Origin: Fastidiosibacter lacustris
GTDB lineage: Bacteria; Pseudomonadota; Gammaproteobacteria; Francisellales; Francisellaceae
Reading direction: 5' to 3'
Assembly (NCBI RefSeq): GCF_003428155.1
Contig: NZ_QLIR01000014.1
Span: 16,533-48,532, forward strand
Length of the DNA: 32,000 bases
The notes under the pieces were generated by a model. That model was not told the DNA's origin and searched no databases. It saw nothing but the letters and a program-made list of their open reading frames with translations. Position 1 is the stretch's first letter. The number at the start of each line of letters is the position of its first letter. The translations under genes were made by a program, and so were the position numbers. This document shows positions 1 through 9,653 of this stretch, one piece after another.

Positions 1-602
1 CAGTTGGTGGACATGGCTTACCAAAGGATATCATCGACATCAATGCAGAACCTGCTGAAAATCTAAAACGTTTAGCTGATTTTAAAGCTATCCCAATAGA
101 AGCCTTAGTAGTGTGTATTTTGGAGCGTCCAAGACATGAAGAAATCATTCGCAAAGTGCGTGAGGCAGGTGCGCGTATTGCACTTATTGGTGATGGCGAT
201 GTTTCGGCTGTTATAGCTACAGCACAAGAAGACAGTGGTATTGATATGTATATGGGTGTAGGTGGCGCGCCTGAAGGGGTGTTAGCTGCTGCTGCCTTAC
301 GTTGTCTAGGTGGACAAATGCAGGGGAGATTAATTTTCAGAAATGATGATGAAAAAGCGCGTGCTAAAAAATGGGGCATTGCGGATCTGAATAAAATCTA
401 TCATTTAACCGACCTTGCTTCTGGTAATGTGCTTTTTGCAGCCACGGGTGTGACTGATGGTCAAATGTTAAAAGGTGTAAAACGCAAGGGTCAAATCGCA
501 AAAACACATAGTTTGGTCATGCGCTCTGTTTCTGGTACGATTCGACATATTGAAGCGGAACATAACTTCAACTTTAAAAAAGGTTTTGAATATTTAGGTT
601 GA
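1..602 (+). CDS. glpX: fructose-1,6-bisphosphatase class II (GlpX), 5' end outside window
   Basis: Frame open from base 3. Translation VVCILERPRHEEIIRKVREAGARIALIGDGDVS...GVGGAPEGVLAAAALRCLGG fits the conserved C-terminal half of GlpX-type FBPases. Confidence 0.85.
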   Translation, partial: VGGHGLPKDIIDINAEPAENLKRLADFKAIPIEALVVCILERPRHEEIIRKVREAGARIALIGDGDVSAVIATAQEDSGIDMYMGVGGAPEGVLAAAALRCLGGQMQGRLIFRNDDEKARAKKWGIADLNKIYHLTDLASGNVLFAATGVTDGQMLKGVKRKGQIAKTHSLVMRSVSGTIRHIEAEHNFNFKKGFEYLG

Positions 603-1486
603 GTCATAACAATATGCTGTCCTATCAACAACTTGCCATATTTACTGCGATTGCCGAGCATGGCAGTATCACTAAAGCATCAGAAGCGCTCAATTTAACA
701 CAGCCTGCATTAAGTAGTGCTTTGTCAGGATTAGAAGCGAAATTAGGCGTGAAACTTTTTGATCGTGTTGATCGTAAAATTGTACTTAACCATAATGGGG
801 AGCGTCTTTATCCTCAAGCTGTTAAGCTTTTGGAAGAGGTAGCTAAAGTCCAAAGTTTTTTCTCTCATAACCAAGCGCTTTGTGGTAAGATCCGCATTGC
901 TGCAAGCAACACCATTGGCAACTATGTTTTACCACCGCGTATGGCGAGTTTTAAAACCAAATACCCAAATGTGCAATTGATACTAACTATCTCTAATAGT
1001 GAGCAAGTTATTGAGCAAGTGATCCAGCATCAAGTTGAAATTGGATTCATAGAGACAAATTGTCTAAATAACCAAATCAACTCTTTCCCTTTTGCCCAGG
1101 ATGAACTGGTTTTATTTGTGTCAAAACAACACCCATTAGTAGGTAAGAACAATGTGAGCATAATGGACTTAAAAGACTATCCATTTATTTTGCGTGAACG
1201 TGGCTCAGGCACAAGAGGCATTCTAGAGCAAAACTTCTTACCTTTAATGAACTATCAACTCAATATTTTTTTAGAACTTGGCAGTAGTGCAGCAGTATGC
1301 TTAGCGGTTAAGAATAGCCAAGCTATCGGTTGTATTTCACGTCATGCCTTAGTCGATCAACCTGAGTGTGTTATTTTAACATGTGATATGTTTGAGTTGA
1401 AACGTGATTTTCTTGTTGTTCAAAACAAGCGCACACATATTTCAGAGCTTACCGAAGAATGGTTGGACTGGGTTATTAATAAGTAA
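599..1486 (+). CDS. LysR-family transcriptional regulator
   Basis: N-terminal HTH LSYQQLAIFTAIAEHGSITKASEALNLTQPALSSALSGLEAKLGVKLFDR followed by a substrate-binding-type domain. Start overlaps the glpX stop by 4 nt. Confidence 0.85.
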   Translation: MSHNNMLSYQQLAIFTAIAEHGSITKASEALNLTQPALSSALSGLEAKLGVKLFDRVDRKIVLNHNGERLYPQAVKLLEEVAKVQSFFSHNQALCGKIRIAASNTIGNYVLPPRMASFKTKYPNVQLILTISNSEQVIEQVIQHQVEIGFIETNCLNNQINSFPFAQDELVLFVSKQHPLVGKNNVSIMDLKDYPFILRERGSGTRGILEQNFLPLMNYQLNIFLELGSSAAVCLAVKNSQAIGCISRHALVDQPECVILTCDMFELKRDFLVVQNKRTHISELTEEWLDWVINK

Positions 1487-1536
1487 AATTAATGTGTCCA
1501 ATAACTTTTAAAAAATTTAATTTATTTTTATTGTCA

Positions 1537-1555
1537 AATATACTATCAGTATATT
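1537..1555. promoter_or_regulatory. perfect 8+3+8 palindrome AATATACT-ATC-AGTATATT, candidate LTTR operator in the transporter promoter
   Basis: Read directly. Lies between a TTGTCA -35-like hexamer (1531-1536) and a TTAAAT -10-like hexamer, 20 nt upstream of the 1576 ORF and just downstream of the LysR gene. Confidence 0.4.
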
Positions 1556-1575
1556 AAATTGCTTAAAGGTGTATT

Positions 1576-2580
1576 ATGAGACAACGTATTAAAACAATTT
1601 TAGAAAATACGCCAACTCCGATGGCAGGTTTGGCATTGGGTATATCAGGCTTAGGTTGGAGTGCTGAAAATGCACTTTCTACTCATCATACTTTGCAGAT
1701 TACAAGCGCGGGAATAGCATTAATATTGATCCTAGTCGTAGCCAGTAAATTTATGCTCTGGCCACAAAAACTGCTTACTGACCTATCTCATCCTGTTATT
1801 GGTAGCGTTGTCCCTACATTTGCGATGACACTTATGATTATTTCTAATAGTATCGAATATTTCAATCATATTCTAGCTGAAATTGTATGGCTTATTGCAG
1901 TGATCATTCATTTGTTATTCTTAGCTACTTTTATCTTTCACAGAGCGAAAGTCTTTGAATTACATCACATGGTACCGTCATGGTTTGTACCACCAGTTGG
2001 GATTATTGTTGCTGACGTTGCTTTTCCAGGTGGGGTATTACAGCCATTGGCAATCACTTTGCTTTATTTCGGACTTGTTTGTTATGCAATTTTACTACCT
2101 GTAATGCTTTATCGCATTATTTTTTGTCATGAGATACCTGATGCGTCTAAACCAACTATTGCAATTTTTGCTGCACCTGCAAGTTTATCTTTAGCAGGTT
2201 ACTTGACTGTTATCGAAGATCCTTCGCCAAATGTTGTTATCCTCCTTGTTGGTATTGCAATTCTCATGACTGCTTTAATTTACATTGCATTTATTAAACT
2301 CATGACGCTTCCTTTTAGCCCAGGCTTTTCAGCATTTACGTTCCCAATGGCCATTGGCTCAACAGCTTTATTTAAAACAGCACATTGGGCAGAAACCGTT
2401 ATACATCTTCCACCAGAATACGTTGCCCAAATATATTACCTTGCTGTATTTGAGCTTATTATCGCCACACTTGTTATTGGGTTTGTTGCCCAGCAATATT
2501 TGTATCACTTAGTGTTGAAAAAATTCAATATAGGTGCTGTAAACAAGGTGAGTGGGATGAAAAAGAAGATTAACGCTTAG
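1576..2580 (+). CDS. TehA/TDT (tellurite-resistance/dicarboxylate transporter, SLAC1-like) family membrane protein
   Basis: 334 aa, about 10 hydrophobic segments. N-terminal PTPMAGLALGISGLG and FAAPASLSLAGY segments are typical of the TehA/Mae1 family. Confidence 0.7.
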   Translation: MRQRIKTILENTPTPMAGLALGISGLGWSAENALSTHHTLQITSAGIALILILVVASKFMLWPQKLLTDLSHPVIGSVVPTFAMTLMIISNSIEYFNHILAEIVWLIAVIIHLLFLATFIFHRAKVFELHHMVPSWFVPPVGIIVADVAFPGGVLQPLAITLLYFGLVCYAILLPVMLYRIIFCHEIPDASKPTIAIFAAPASLSLAGYLTVIEDPSPNVVILLVGIAILMTALIYIAFIKLMTLPFSPGFSAFTFPMAIGSTALFKTAHWAETVIHLPPEYVAQIYYLAVFELIIATLVIGFVAQQYLYHLVLKKFNIGAVNKVSGMKKKINA

Positions 2581-2616
2581 TTGCTAAAAAACTAAACGAT
2601 TTTGATTTTATGTTAT

Positions 2617-3378
2617 TTACTGATATGCTGATATAACTGCTGTTTGGTTGAGTTTAAATCCTGATGGATTAGTTATTATTTTATAATCTCCAGCTACTAC
2701 TCCATCTGCTGCTATTGAAGTGATTTCGCCTAAATCTGCTAAAACTTTACCAATGGTTGCAATTGTAAAAGCTCCATATTCTGATTGTAATACTAAGCCA
2801 TAGTTATTGACTGAATAGATGCGATAACGATTTGTAACTTTATCTTCATTTGTCGCTACTACTGTCTGTGGTTGTGGTAATTTTGCATTTATTACCGGAG
2901 CGCTACTAGAGATATGCTTAAGCTTAGCATCAATTTGCTTCATAAGCTCATCACTGACTTTATCTAAGTTTTTTGTCTGCTTTTGGATTTCATCAAGCTT
3001 CATCTGTATTTGTTGTAATTGCGTTACCGCCTCAGTATTGCCATTTAGAATCATCTGCTGTAAATCAGCAATTTTAGCATCTGTTGATTTACGCACTTGC
3101 TTTGCTTCTGCGTGTATGATGTCAGAGAGTGTATTGCGAATCTCTCCTGCTTGATCCTCAATATGTGTTTGTAAAACCTGTTGGTGTGCTAGGATATCTT
3201 TTTGATTCTTAATGATAAATATTTCAAAAATCAAAACACATATCATTGCTCCAATGCAAATAAACACAAGTTTCTTTTGTTGGGTTATCGGTACTTTTTT
3301 TGGCTGTTCATCATATATGTTATTGGTTGAATGATTATCCTGTGGTTTTTTATTCCATATTTTAAATAAATTCTTCAT
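2617..3378 (-). CDS. hypothetical membrane-anchored coiled-coil protein
   Basis: 253 aa ORF with one TM segment (LVFICIGAMICVLIFEIFII), a long Q/K/D-rich heptad-like region and a beta-rich C-terminal domain. No family recognised. Confidence 0.6.
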   Translation of the reverse strand: MKNLFKIWNKKPQDNHSTNNIYDEQPKKVPITQQKKLVFICIGAMICVLIFEIFIIKNQKDILAHQQVLQTHIEDQAGEIRNTLSDIIHAEAKQVRKSTDAKIADLQQMILNGNTEAVTQLQQIQMKLDEIQKQTKNLDKVSDELMKQIDAKLKHISSSAPVINAKLPQPQTVVATNEDKVTNRYRIYSVNNYGLVLQSEYGAFTIATIGKVLADLGEITSIAADGVVAGDYKIITNPSGFKLNQTAVISAYQ

Positions 3379-3545
3379 AGCATTAACGCGATTTTGTTTT
3401 GCAATTGATGTGCTAAGTATATATCACTCACAAACCATTTTGCAGTATTTCTTGTTCTGCCTAGTAATTAATAGTGATTTCTTATTTTTCTTGTTTATAC
3501 TTTTAAGTTCCATGATTTGGAGAAAAACAACACAAGGATAATGAT

Positions 3546-4064
3546 ATGCCAAAATATAACGTTCTTATTCGATTACTGCATACACTTGTTGCGCTAGGAG
3601 TGATTTTACAAGTTATCGTTGGCTTTTTCTTTGATGATATGTTCAGTAAGCTTAACCCTGCATTTTTCATGACCATCCATAAATCTATAGGTTTAAGTTT
3701 ATTCTTACTTATTGTGTTTTTAATCATTACGCGTATATTTTCCAATAAAATTCCCTATCCCAAAGAAATGCCCGTCATCCAGCGGATGCTTGCTAAATTG
3801 GTGCACTGGGGATTGTATTTGTGTATATTACTCATGTCATTGTCAGGTTTTATAGCATCACAACTCTTTCATAGCAAATGGCAATATTTTTATTGGTTTG
3901 ATATCCCCAATTTCTTACCGAAAAATCCTGGGCTTGGACGTGAGATTTTTAGCTGGCACCCTTTTATTGCTATGATTTTATTGGTGCTTGTCATTTTGCA
4001 CATATTAGCTGCACTTTCCCATCAGTTTATTGCTAAAGATAAAATCATGCAAAAAATGTTTTAA
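3546..4064 (+). CDS. cytochrome b561 family protein (CybB-like)
   Basis: 172 aa, four TM segments with conserved His positions (LLHTLVALG, HKSIGLS, HWGLY, HILAALSHQF) typical of bacterial cytochrome b561. Confidence 0.75.
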   Translation: MPKYNVLIRLLHTLVALGVILQVIVGFFFDDMFSKLNPAFFMTIHKSIGLSLFLLIVFLIITRIFSNKIPYPKEMPVIQRMLAKLVHWGLYLCILLMSLSGFIASQLFHSKWQYFYWFDIPNFLPKNPGLGREIFSWHPFIAMILLVLVILHILAALSHQFIAKDKIMQKMF

Positions 4065-4627
4065 TCTCTTAAAACCTCGTTGCTAATAAGGTTGATAACG
4101 CGTGAAGGTTTTGCTGCAATAAAATTTTGTTGTGGATGAATATAATCTAGCTGATCACCAAAATAATGTTGTACCTTATCATAGGAAGTGGCAGGCGGTT
4201 GATTGGATAGATTTGCGCTTGTTGAGATAATCGCGCATCCTAGTGTTATTGTTAGCTCCTTAAGTAGTGGATGATCTGTTAAACGTACCGCAATCGTACC
4301 AAAATCACCAGTTAACCAACGGTATTCATGTTTCACTGGTACTACCCATGTCGTTGGTTTATCTTGTCTTTGACTGAGTATTTCTAGCTGTTTTTCATTG
4401 AGCTTTTCGGTATCTATTAACGCTAATAAATGTGAAATGTCACCAGATAATACAATAAATCCTTTCTTTAAATCGCGCTGTTTCAACGCTATAACTTTTT
4501 CAACAGCCGCTTTTTGAATAATACAACTTAAGCCATAAACAGATTCTGTTGGTAATCCTAACACTTTACCATTTTTAAGCATTACGGCTATCTGTGCTAG
4601 GGTTTTATAAAATTTTTCAGTGCCCAT
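4061..4627 (-). CDS. tsaC: L-threonylcarbamoyladenylate synthase TsaC/YrdC family
   Basis: From Met58 of the supplied ORF: MGTEKFYKTLAQIAVMLKNGKVLGLPTESVYGLSC...ISTSANLS is YrdC/Sua5-like. The upstream 57 codons look like non-coding promoter DNA. Confidence 0.75.
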   Translation of the reverse strand: MGTEKFYKTLAQIAVMLKNGKVLGLPTESVYGLSCIIQKAAVEKVIALKQRDLKKGFIVLSGDISHLLALIDTEKLNEKQLEILSQRQDKPTTWVVPVKHEYRWLTGDFGTIAVRLTDHPLLKELTITLGCAIISTSANLSNQPPATSYDKVQHYFGDQLDYIHPQQNFIAAKPSRVINLISNEVLRD

Positions 4628-4781
4628 GTGTTTTTTCCAAATTTGCCATTTAGGTTCATCAATGCTAACGTTGATTATTCTGATAATCAATATACAGATA
4701 AAATCTAGAGTAAAGGGTGTGGGTCTAGCAGGCAATAGATAAGGTCTTGGCAATGACAAGACGCATTTTTTAAAATTTATT

Positions 4782-4809
4782 CTTGCAATTTTTAGCATCA
4801 GCTCAATCT
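4782..4809 (+). promoter_or_regulatory. candidate sigma-32 heat-shock promoter of hslVU
   Basis: CTTGCAA (4782-4788), 13-nt spacer, CTCAATCT (4802-4809), compared with consensus CTTGAAA-N13-15-CCCCATNT. Position upstream of hslV fits. Confidence 0.35.
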
Positions 4810-4856
4810 ATTGCCAATACGTTTTTTAACCCAAACGCTAAGTGGGGAATTGTTTT

Positions 4857-5411
4857 ATGTTGGAAATGAAGGGCACAACAATTTTGTGTGTGCGCAGAGG
4901 CGACGAAGTTGTTGTTGGTGGAGATGGTCAGGCGACATTAGGTAACACAGTTGCTAAGGATAACATTATTAAAGTGAGAAGGCTAAGTAATGGTAAAGTA
5001 CTAACAGGTTTTGCTGGATCGACAGCAGATGCGTTTACCCTATTTGAAAAATTTGAACAGAAATTGGATTTTTATCAAGGCAATCTTGAACGAGCGTCGG
5101 TTGAAATGGTACGTGAATGGCGTTTGGATAGAATGATGAGTAAACTTGAGGCAATGATTATTGTCGCAGATGAAACAAAATCTTTACTGATCTCTGGTTC
5201 AGGAGACGTAATGGCTGCTGATGACAAAGGTATTTTGTCTATTGGTTCTGGTGCAGCATTTGCTAAAGCTGCAGCACATGCACTTGTTGATAATACAGAT
5301 TTACCAGCTTACGAAATTGTGAAAAAGAGTTTAAATATTGCAGCAGATATTTGTATTTATACCAATCATAATTTAACAATTGAAAAATTGCCTAATAAAG
5401 CAAAAACATAG
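4857..5411 (+). CDS. hslV: ATP-dependent protease subunit HslV
   Basis: [32 protein letters not shown]... carries the GTT active-site N-terminus and the GDGQ motif. The ATG at 4857 gives the usual short leader before Thr. A GTG at 4842 is also open. Confidence 0.9.
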   Translation: MLEMKGTTILCVRRGDEVVVGGDGQATLGNTVAKDNIIKVRRLSNGKVLTGFAGSTADAFTLFEKFEQKLDFYQGNLERASVEMVREWRLDRMMSKLEAMIIVADETKSLLISGSGDVMAADDKGILSIGSGAAFAKAAAHALVDNTDLPAYEIVKKSLNIAADICIYTNHNLTIEKLPNKAKT

Positions 5412-5439
5412 TAATTTAAATTTTTAGAGGATAGAAGTT

Positions 5440-6789
5440 ATGTCGCAAATGACTCCAAAAGAAATTGTGAGTGAATTAGATCGATTTATTATCGGTCAAA
5501 AAGAGGCTAAGAAAGCAGTTGCCATTGCGCTTAGAAATCGTTGGCGCAGAATGCAGTTAGAAGAAGGGATGCGCCAAGAAGTGACACCCAAAAACATTTT
5601 AATGATTGGACCTACAGGGGTTGGGAAAACAGAAATTGCACGGCGCTTAGCAAGGCTTGCTAATGCTCCATTTATCAAAATTGAGGCGACAAAGTTTACT
5701 GAAGTAGGTTATGTTGGGAAAGACGTTGATTCTATTATACGGGATTTAGCAGATATTGCTATCAAGATGCTTCGTGAGCAAGAAAAAGCAAAAGTGGCGG
5801 TAAGAGCAGAAGAGCTTGCACGAGAGCGAATTTTGGATGCGCTATTGCCATCAGCAAGAGAAAGTAAAGTTGGCTTTGCCAACGAGCCAGTGGAAAGTGA
5901 TAAAAAAATTGAAAGCACTACAAGGCAGCTGTTTAGAAAAAAGCTAGAAGCAGGTGAGTTGAATGATAAAGAAATAGAAATAGAAATTGCAACACCTACA
6001 ATTGGTATGGAAATCATGGGACCTCCTGGCATGGAGGATATGACAAATCAACTACAAAGTATTTTTTCATCTATGGGAGGTGATCGTAAAACACGCAGGA
6101 AAGTCAAGGTTAAAGATGCGCTTAAATTATTGCAAGATGAAGAAGCTAGTAAGCTTGTTAATGAAGATGATGTTAAGCTTAAAGCGATTGAGGCTGTCGA
6201 GCAAAATGGTATTGTCTTTATTGATGAAATTGATAAAGTGTGTAGAAGATCAGATCAACGAGGTGCGGATGTTTCTCGTGAAGGTGTGCAGCGAGATTTA
6301 TTACCACTGGTTGAAGGTTCAACGGTGTCAACAAAATATGGTATGATTAAGACAGACCATATTCTGTTTATTGGTTCGGGTGCCTTTCATGTTGCAAAAC
6401 CTTCTGACTTGATTCCTGAATTACAAGGTCGGTTACCGATTCGTGTTGAGTTACGGTCATTAGAGGTTGAAGATTTTTTCCGAATCTTAACGGAGCCTGA
6501 TTATTCATTGATTAAACAGTACATTGCGCTGTTAGCCACAGAAGGAGTTGAAGTGAGATTTGAGCAAGAAGCAATTGCGCGTATTGCTGAGATTTCCTAT
6601 CGCGTCAATGAGGAGATAGAAAATATAGGAGCTAGACGCTTACATACTGTGCTTGAGCGTTTATTAGAAGAGATTTCGTTTGATGCTTCTGACCGTATGG
6701 AAAAAAATTTTGAGATTAACGCTAGTTATGTAGATGAGAAGCTTGGGGATCTGGTAAAAGATCGGGATTTAAGTCAATATATTTTGTAA
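5440..6789 (+). CDS. hslU: ATP-dependent protease ATPase subunit HslU
   Basis: [34 protein letters not shown], Walker [26 protein letters not shown] Walker B. Full-length at 449 aa. Confidence 0.95.
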   Translation: MSQMTPKEIVSELDRFIIGQKEAKKAVAIALRNRWRRMQLEEGMRQEVTPKNILMIGPTGVGKTEIARRLARLANAPFIKIEATKFTEVGYVGKDVDSIIRDLADIAIKMLREQEKAKVAVRAEELARERILDALLPSARESKVGFANEPVESDKKIESTTRQLFRKKLEAGELNDKEIEIEIATPTIGMEIMGPPGMEDMTNQLQSIFSSMGGDRKTRRKVKVKDALKLLQDEEASKLVNEDDVKLKAIEAVEQNGIVFIDEIDKVCRRSDQRGADVSREGVQRDLLPLVEGSTVSTKYGMIKTDHILFIGSGAFHVAKPSDLIPELQGRLPIRVELRSLEVEDFFRILTEPDYSLIKQYIALLATEGVEVRFEQEAIARIAEISYRVNEEIENIGARRLHTVLERLLEEISFDASDRMEKNFEINASYVDEKLGDLVKDRDLSQYIL

Positions 6790-6805
6790 AGTTACGTTGT
6801 GCCAA

Positions 6806-7312
6806 TTACATAGTGGTGTTGTTATTAGTTTTTTCCCACACTTCAAAGTCAAAACTGCATTCATTTTTATCATCTTGTAGATAATGGCGTTGACCAATAC
6901 GCTTAAAGAGCTTTTCATCCCATTGTGGAAAAAAAGTATCGGCTTTTTTTATGGTGTTGACTTTAGTAATATACAGTCTATCGACATACGGTAAGAAAGC
7001 TTGGTAAATTTCAGCACCGCCAATAATAAAAATTTCATACTGTGGTTTTTCGCGTACTAAATTCAGAAGATCATGGATGTCATGTATCACAGTACAGTTC
7101 TCTTGAGTATATTTTTTTTGCCGAGTGAGAATAATATTTTTGCGGTTGGGAAGTGCATGACCAATTGAATCAAAGGTTTTGCGTCCCATGACGATATAAT
7201 TGTTTTGAGTGAGGACTTTGAAATTCTTTAAGTCATCGGTCAACTTCCATGGCAAGCTGTTTTTAATGCCTATACCTTGGTTTTGATCATAGGCAACAAT
7301 AATAGATAGCAT
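6806..7312 (-). CDS. folA: dihydrofolate reductase
   Basis: MLSIIVAYDQNQGIGIKNSLPWKLTDDLKNFKVLTQNNYIVMGRKTFDSIG is a canonical DHFR N-terminus. 168 aa. Confidence 0.9.
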   Translation of the reverse strand: MLSIIVAYDQNQGIGIKNSLPWKLTDDLKNFKVLTQNNYIVMGRKTFDSIGHALPNRKNIILTRQKKYTQENCTVIHDIHDLLNLVREKPQYEIFIIGGAEIYQAFLPYVDRLYITKVNTIKKADTFFPQWDEKLFKRIGQRHYLQDDKNECSFDFEVWEKTNNNTTM

Positions 7313-7473
7313 GATGAGCTAAACTCCCTAAGAATGTAAGAATTAAAGTTGGGTTATTGTAACGAATTTTAGTGGAAGAAGAAAAATTTTTGCACTTAAA
7401 ATAGTCATAAAAACCTTTGATTTTCAGGTTTTTATGACTTTATAGACATAAAATAAATTATTCAAAAAAGTGC

Positions 7474-7504
7474 TTGACCGAGTTTGGGAAATCCGTTTTA
7501 ATAT
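7474..7504 (+). promoter_or_regulatory. candidate sigma-70 promoter of the tRNA operon
   Basis: TTGACC (7474-7479), then a TAATAT-like -10 around 7497-7504, then a GC-rich discriminator GCGTCA. A/T-rich UP-like tract upstream. The first tRNA starts at 7513. Confidence 0.5.
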
Positions 7505-7512
7505 GCGTCATT

Positions 7513-7588
<76 letters not shown>

Positions 7589-7599
7589 TTATCGATATT

Positions 7600-7676
<77 letters not shown>

Positions 7677-7709
7677 TAGATTGGATACCGTCAATGGTGG
7701 AGAGAAAAT

Positions 7710-7786
7710 GCGCCCGTAGCTCATCTGGATAGAGCATCGGCCTTCTAAGCCGAGGGTAGCAGGTTCGAATCCTGCCGGGCGTACCA
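7710..7786 (+). tRNA. tRNA-Arg (TCT)
   Basis: Acceptor GCGCCCG/CGGGCGT, anticodon stem TCGGC/GCCGA, loop CTTCTAA, T loop TTCGAAT, CCA. Confidence 0.9.
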
Positions 7787-7800
7787 TGAAAAGAGTTTAT

Positions 7801-7877
7801 GGTGGACGTAGCTCAGTTGGTAGAGCCCCGGATTGTGATTCCGGTTGTCGTGGGTTCAAGTCCCATCGTTCACCCCA
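7801..7877 (+). tRNA. tRNA-His (GTG)
   Basis: Extra 5' G(-1) typical of tRNA-His, anticodon stem CCGGA/TCCGG, loop TTGTGAT, T loop TTCAAGT, CCA. Confidence 0.9.
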
Positions 7878-7882
7878 GATAT

Positions 7883-7965
7883 GCGGACGTGGCGAAATTG
7901 GTAGACGCACTGGATTTAGGTTCCAGCGGGTGACCGTGGGAGTTCGAGTCTCCCCGTCCGCACCA
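7883..7965 (+). tRNA. tRNA-Leu (TAG), type II with long variable arm
   Basis: Acceptor GCGGACG/CGTCCGC, anticodon stem CTGGA/TCCAG, loop TTTAGGT, variable arm CGGGTGACCGT, T loop TTCGAGT, CCA. Confidence 0.9.
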
Positions 7966-8075
7966 AATAATCATCTTATAACGTTTCAAATCATCTTAAT
8001 ACTAACCTTAAACCCTTACTTTACAAGGCTTTTCGATTTCATGACGTTTTATAACGTCTTATAGTGACTTACTTT

Positions 8076-8098
8076 TAATTGTCCCCTGTAGTGTCCCC
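8076..8098 (+). repeat. left terminal direct repeat (attL candidate) TAATTGTCCCCTGTAGTGTCCCC
   Basis: 21 of 23 nt identical to 20354-20376. Contains two tandem TGTCCCC units. Confidence 0.6.
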
Positions 8099-8100
8099 TG

Positions 8101-8109
8101 TGCTATAAT
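8101..8109 (+). promoter_or_regulatory. extended -10 element TGcTATAAT, candidate integrase promoter
   Basis: Exact TGnTATAAT immediately after the TGTCCCC repeats, 21-42 nt upstream of the possible int start codons. Confidence 0.45.
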
Positions 8110-8150
8110 TTATCAATAAAAATTTCCAAATGTTGGATTTGGGGACACTT

Positions 8151-9413
8151 ATGCAGCTGAATGATAGTAAAATAAAGGGTTTGAAGTATACAGGGAAAGA
8201 AAAGCTTTACAGCGATGGTAGAGGTAGCATGCTATATCTTCGTGTAAGGGAGGTTTCAAAATCTTTTCTGTTTAAATACAAGCTTTCAGGAAAGACCTAT
8301 AAACTTAGTTTAGGGACTTACCCTGATTTGTCCTTAAAAAACGCAAGAGAAAAAGCAGCAGAGTACAGGGAGTTGCTATCTAATGGAGTTGACCCCAAAA
8401 CTTATAAAGACAAACAAAAAACAGAACATGACAAGACGCTTGAGCATATCGCTGCCTATTGGTTAGACGTCAAGAAGAATGAGTTTTCTGCCAGTCACTA
8501 CAAGCAAACCGTTAGCAGGCTAAACCGCTTTATTTTGCCAACCTTCGGTAAAAGGGATATTGACAAGATAGACGCGCCAGAAGTCGTTAGGTTTTTAAAA
8601 AATTTTGAAGTTGAAGGACACCTTGAGCAGCGAAATAAGGTTAAAAGTCATCTTAAGCAAATCTTTGCTTATGGCGTGGCTAGTGGTGTATGTTCTCATA
8701 ATCCAGTAGCAGGCATTAGCCCCGTTTTAAAAGTATCAAAAGGCAAAAACTATGCGGCAGTAACCAAGCCTGAGGATATAGCCAGTTTATTGCGTGATAT
8801 TGATAACTACCATGGCTTTTATACTACTGTTATGGCGTTAAAACTCGCCCCCTATGTGATGTTACGTCCAAGTGAATTGGCAAAGCTTGAATGGGAAGAA
8901 ATACACGAAGATGAAAAGCAAATACATATTAAGCCTGAGCGCATGAAAATGCGTAAAGCTCATATAGTACCTTTGTCTAAACAAGCATGGGCTATTATTG
9001 AGCAAATGAAAGCATACTCTAGTAAAGGTGTGCACGTATTTCCAAGTGCAAAGAATCCACAAAAACCTATTGATATAAACTCGCTTAGATTAGCATTAAG
9101 GGCAATGGGTTATAAATATTCATCGAATAGTGCGGAGCCAATGCGAGAAGGAGAGAAGCCAAAGCATGATACTCATGGTTTTAGACATATGGCAAGCACG
9201 CGACTTTATGAGATGGCAAGTATGTATGGTTTTCATGGGGATATGATAGAGTTGCAACTAGCGCATGCAGAATCCAATAAAGTAAAAGCAGCTTATAATC
9301 ATGCGCAATATATTAAAGAACGCACTAGAATGATGCAGATATGGGCGGATTACTTGGACAATCTAAGGGATGGTAAAAATGTGGTTAATCTATCTGATTT
9401 TAAAACTGGCTGA
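8151..9413 (+). CDS. int: tyrosine recombinase, P4-type integrase family
   Basis: MQLNDSKIKGLKYTGKEKLYSDGRGSMLYLRV... has the DUF4102-type arm-binding N-terminus of P4-like integrases. C-terminal catalytic residues HGFRHMASTRL...LAHAE...AYNHAQY. The ATG at 8130 is an alternative start. Confidence 0.9.
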   Translation: MQLNDSKIKGLKYTGKEKLYSDGRGSMLYLRVREVSKSFLFKYKLSGKTYKLSLGTYPDLSLKNAREKAAEYRELLSNGVDPKTYKDKQKTEHDKTLEHIAAYWLDVKKNEFSASHYKQTVSRLNRFILPTFGKRDIDKIDAPEVVRFLKNFEVEGHLEQRNKVKSHLKQIFAYGVASGVCSHNPVAGISPVLKVSKGKNYAAVTKPEDIASLLRDIDNYHGFYTTVMALKLAPYVMLRPSELAKLEWEEIHEDEKQIHIKPERMKMRKAHIVPLSKQAWAIIEQMKAYSSKGVHVFPSAKNPQKPIDINSLRLALRAMGYKYSSNSAEPMREGEKPKHDTHGFRHMASTRLYEMASMYGFHGDMIELQLAHAESNKVKAAYNHAQYIKERTRMMQIWADYLDNLRDGKNVVNLSDFKTG

Positions 9414-9431
9414 GAATAATACTAAATTTAT

Positions 9432-9653
9432 ATGGCTTTATCAGTTAGATTATCAGATGAATTGGTGAAACAAGCGCAAAGTGTAAGCGCTGTTATGTAT
9501 CGCTCATGCGCAAAACAGATTGAGTACTGGGCAAGAATAGGGAAGATGGCAGAAGAGAATCCAGAACTAAGTTATGAATTTATTAGAGATACGTTAATTG
9601 CTAAGGCAGAATCTAATAATAATGATGTGAGCGATTATGAATTTGATAATTAA
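9432..9653 (+). CDS. ParD-like type II antitoxin
   Basis: 73 aa. MALSVRLSDELVKQAQSVSAVMYRSCAKQIEYWARIGKMAEENP matches the ParD_like antitoxin pattern (RLSDEL...QIEyWArIG). Confidence 0.6.
   Translation: MALSVRLSDELVKQAQSVSAVMYRSCAKQIEYWARIGKMAEENPELSYEFIRDTLIAKAESNNNDVSDYEFDN

Noticed and set aside
3503-3745. 80-aa minus-strand ORF
   Set aside because: It overlaps the start of the cytochrome b561 gene on the opposite strand and has no supporting SD or similarity.
4628-4798. N-terminal 57-codon extension of the tsaC ORF
   Set aside because: The extension has no YrdC similarity and covers the likely hslV promoter. Met58 gives a normal-length TsaC.
5496-6346. ORFs 5496-5678(-), 5709-6032(-), 6080-6346(+)
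   Set aside because: They are antisense or off-frame within the well-supported hslU gene, and their products are low-complexity.
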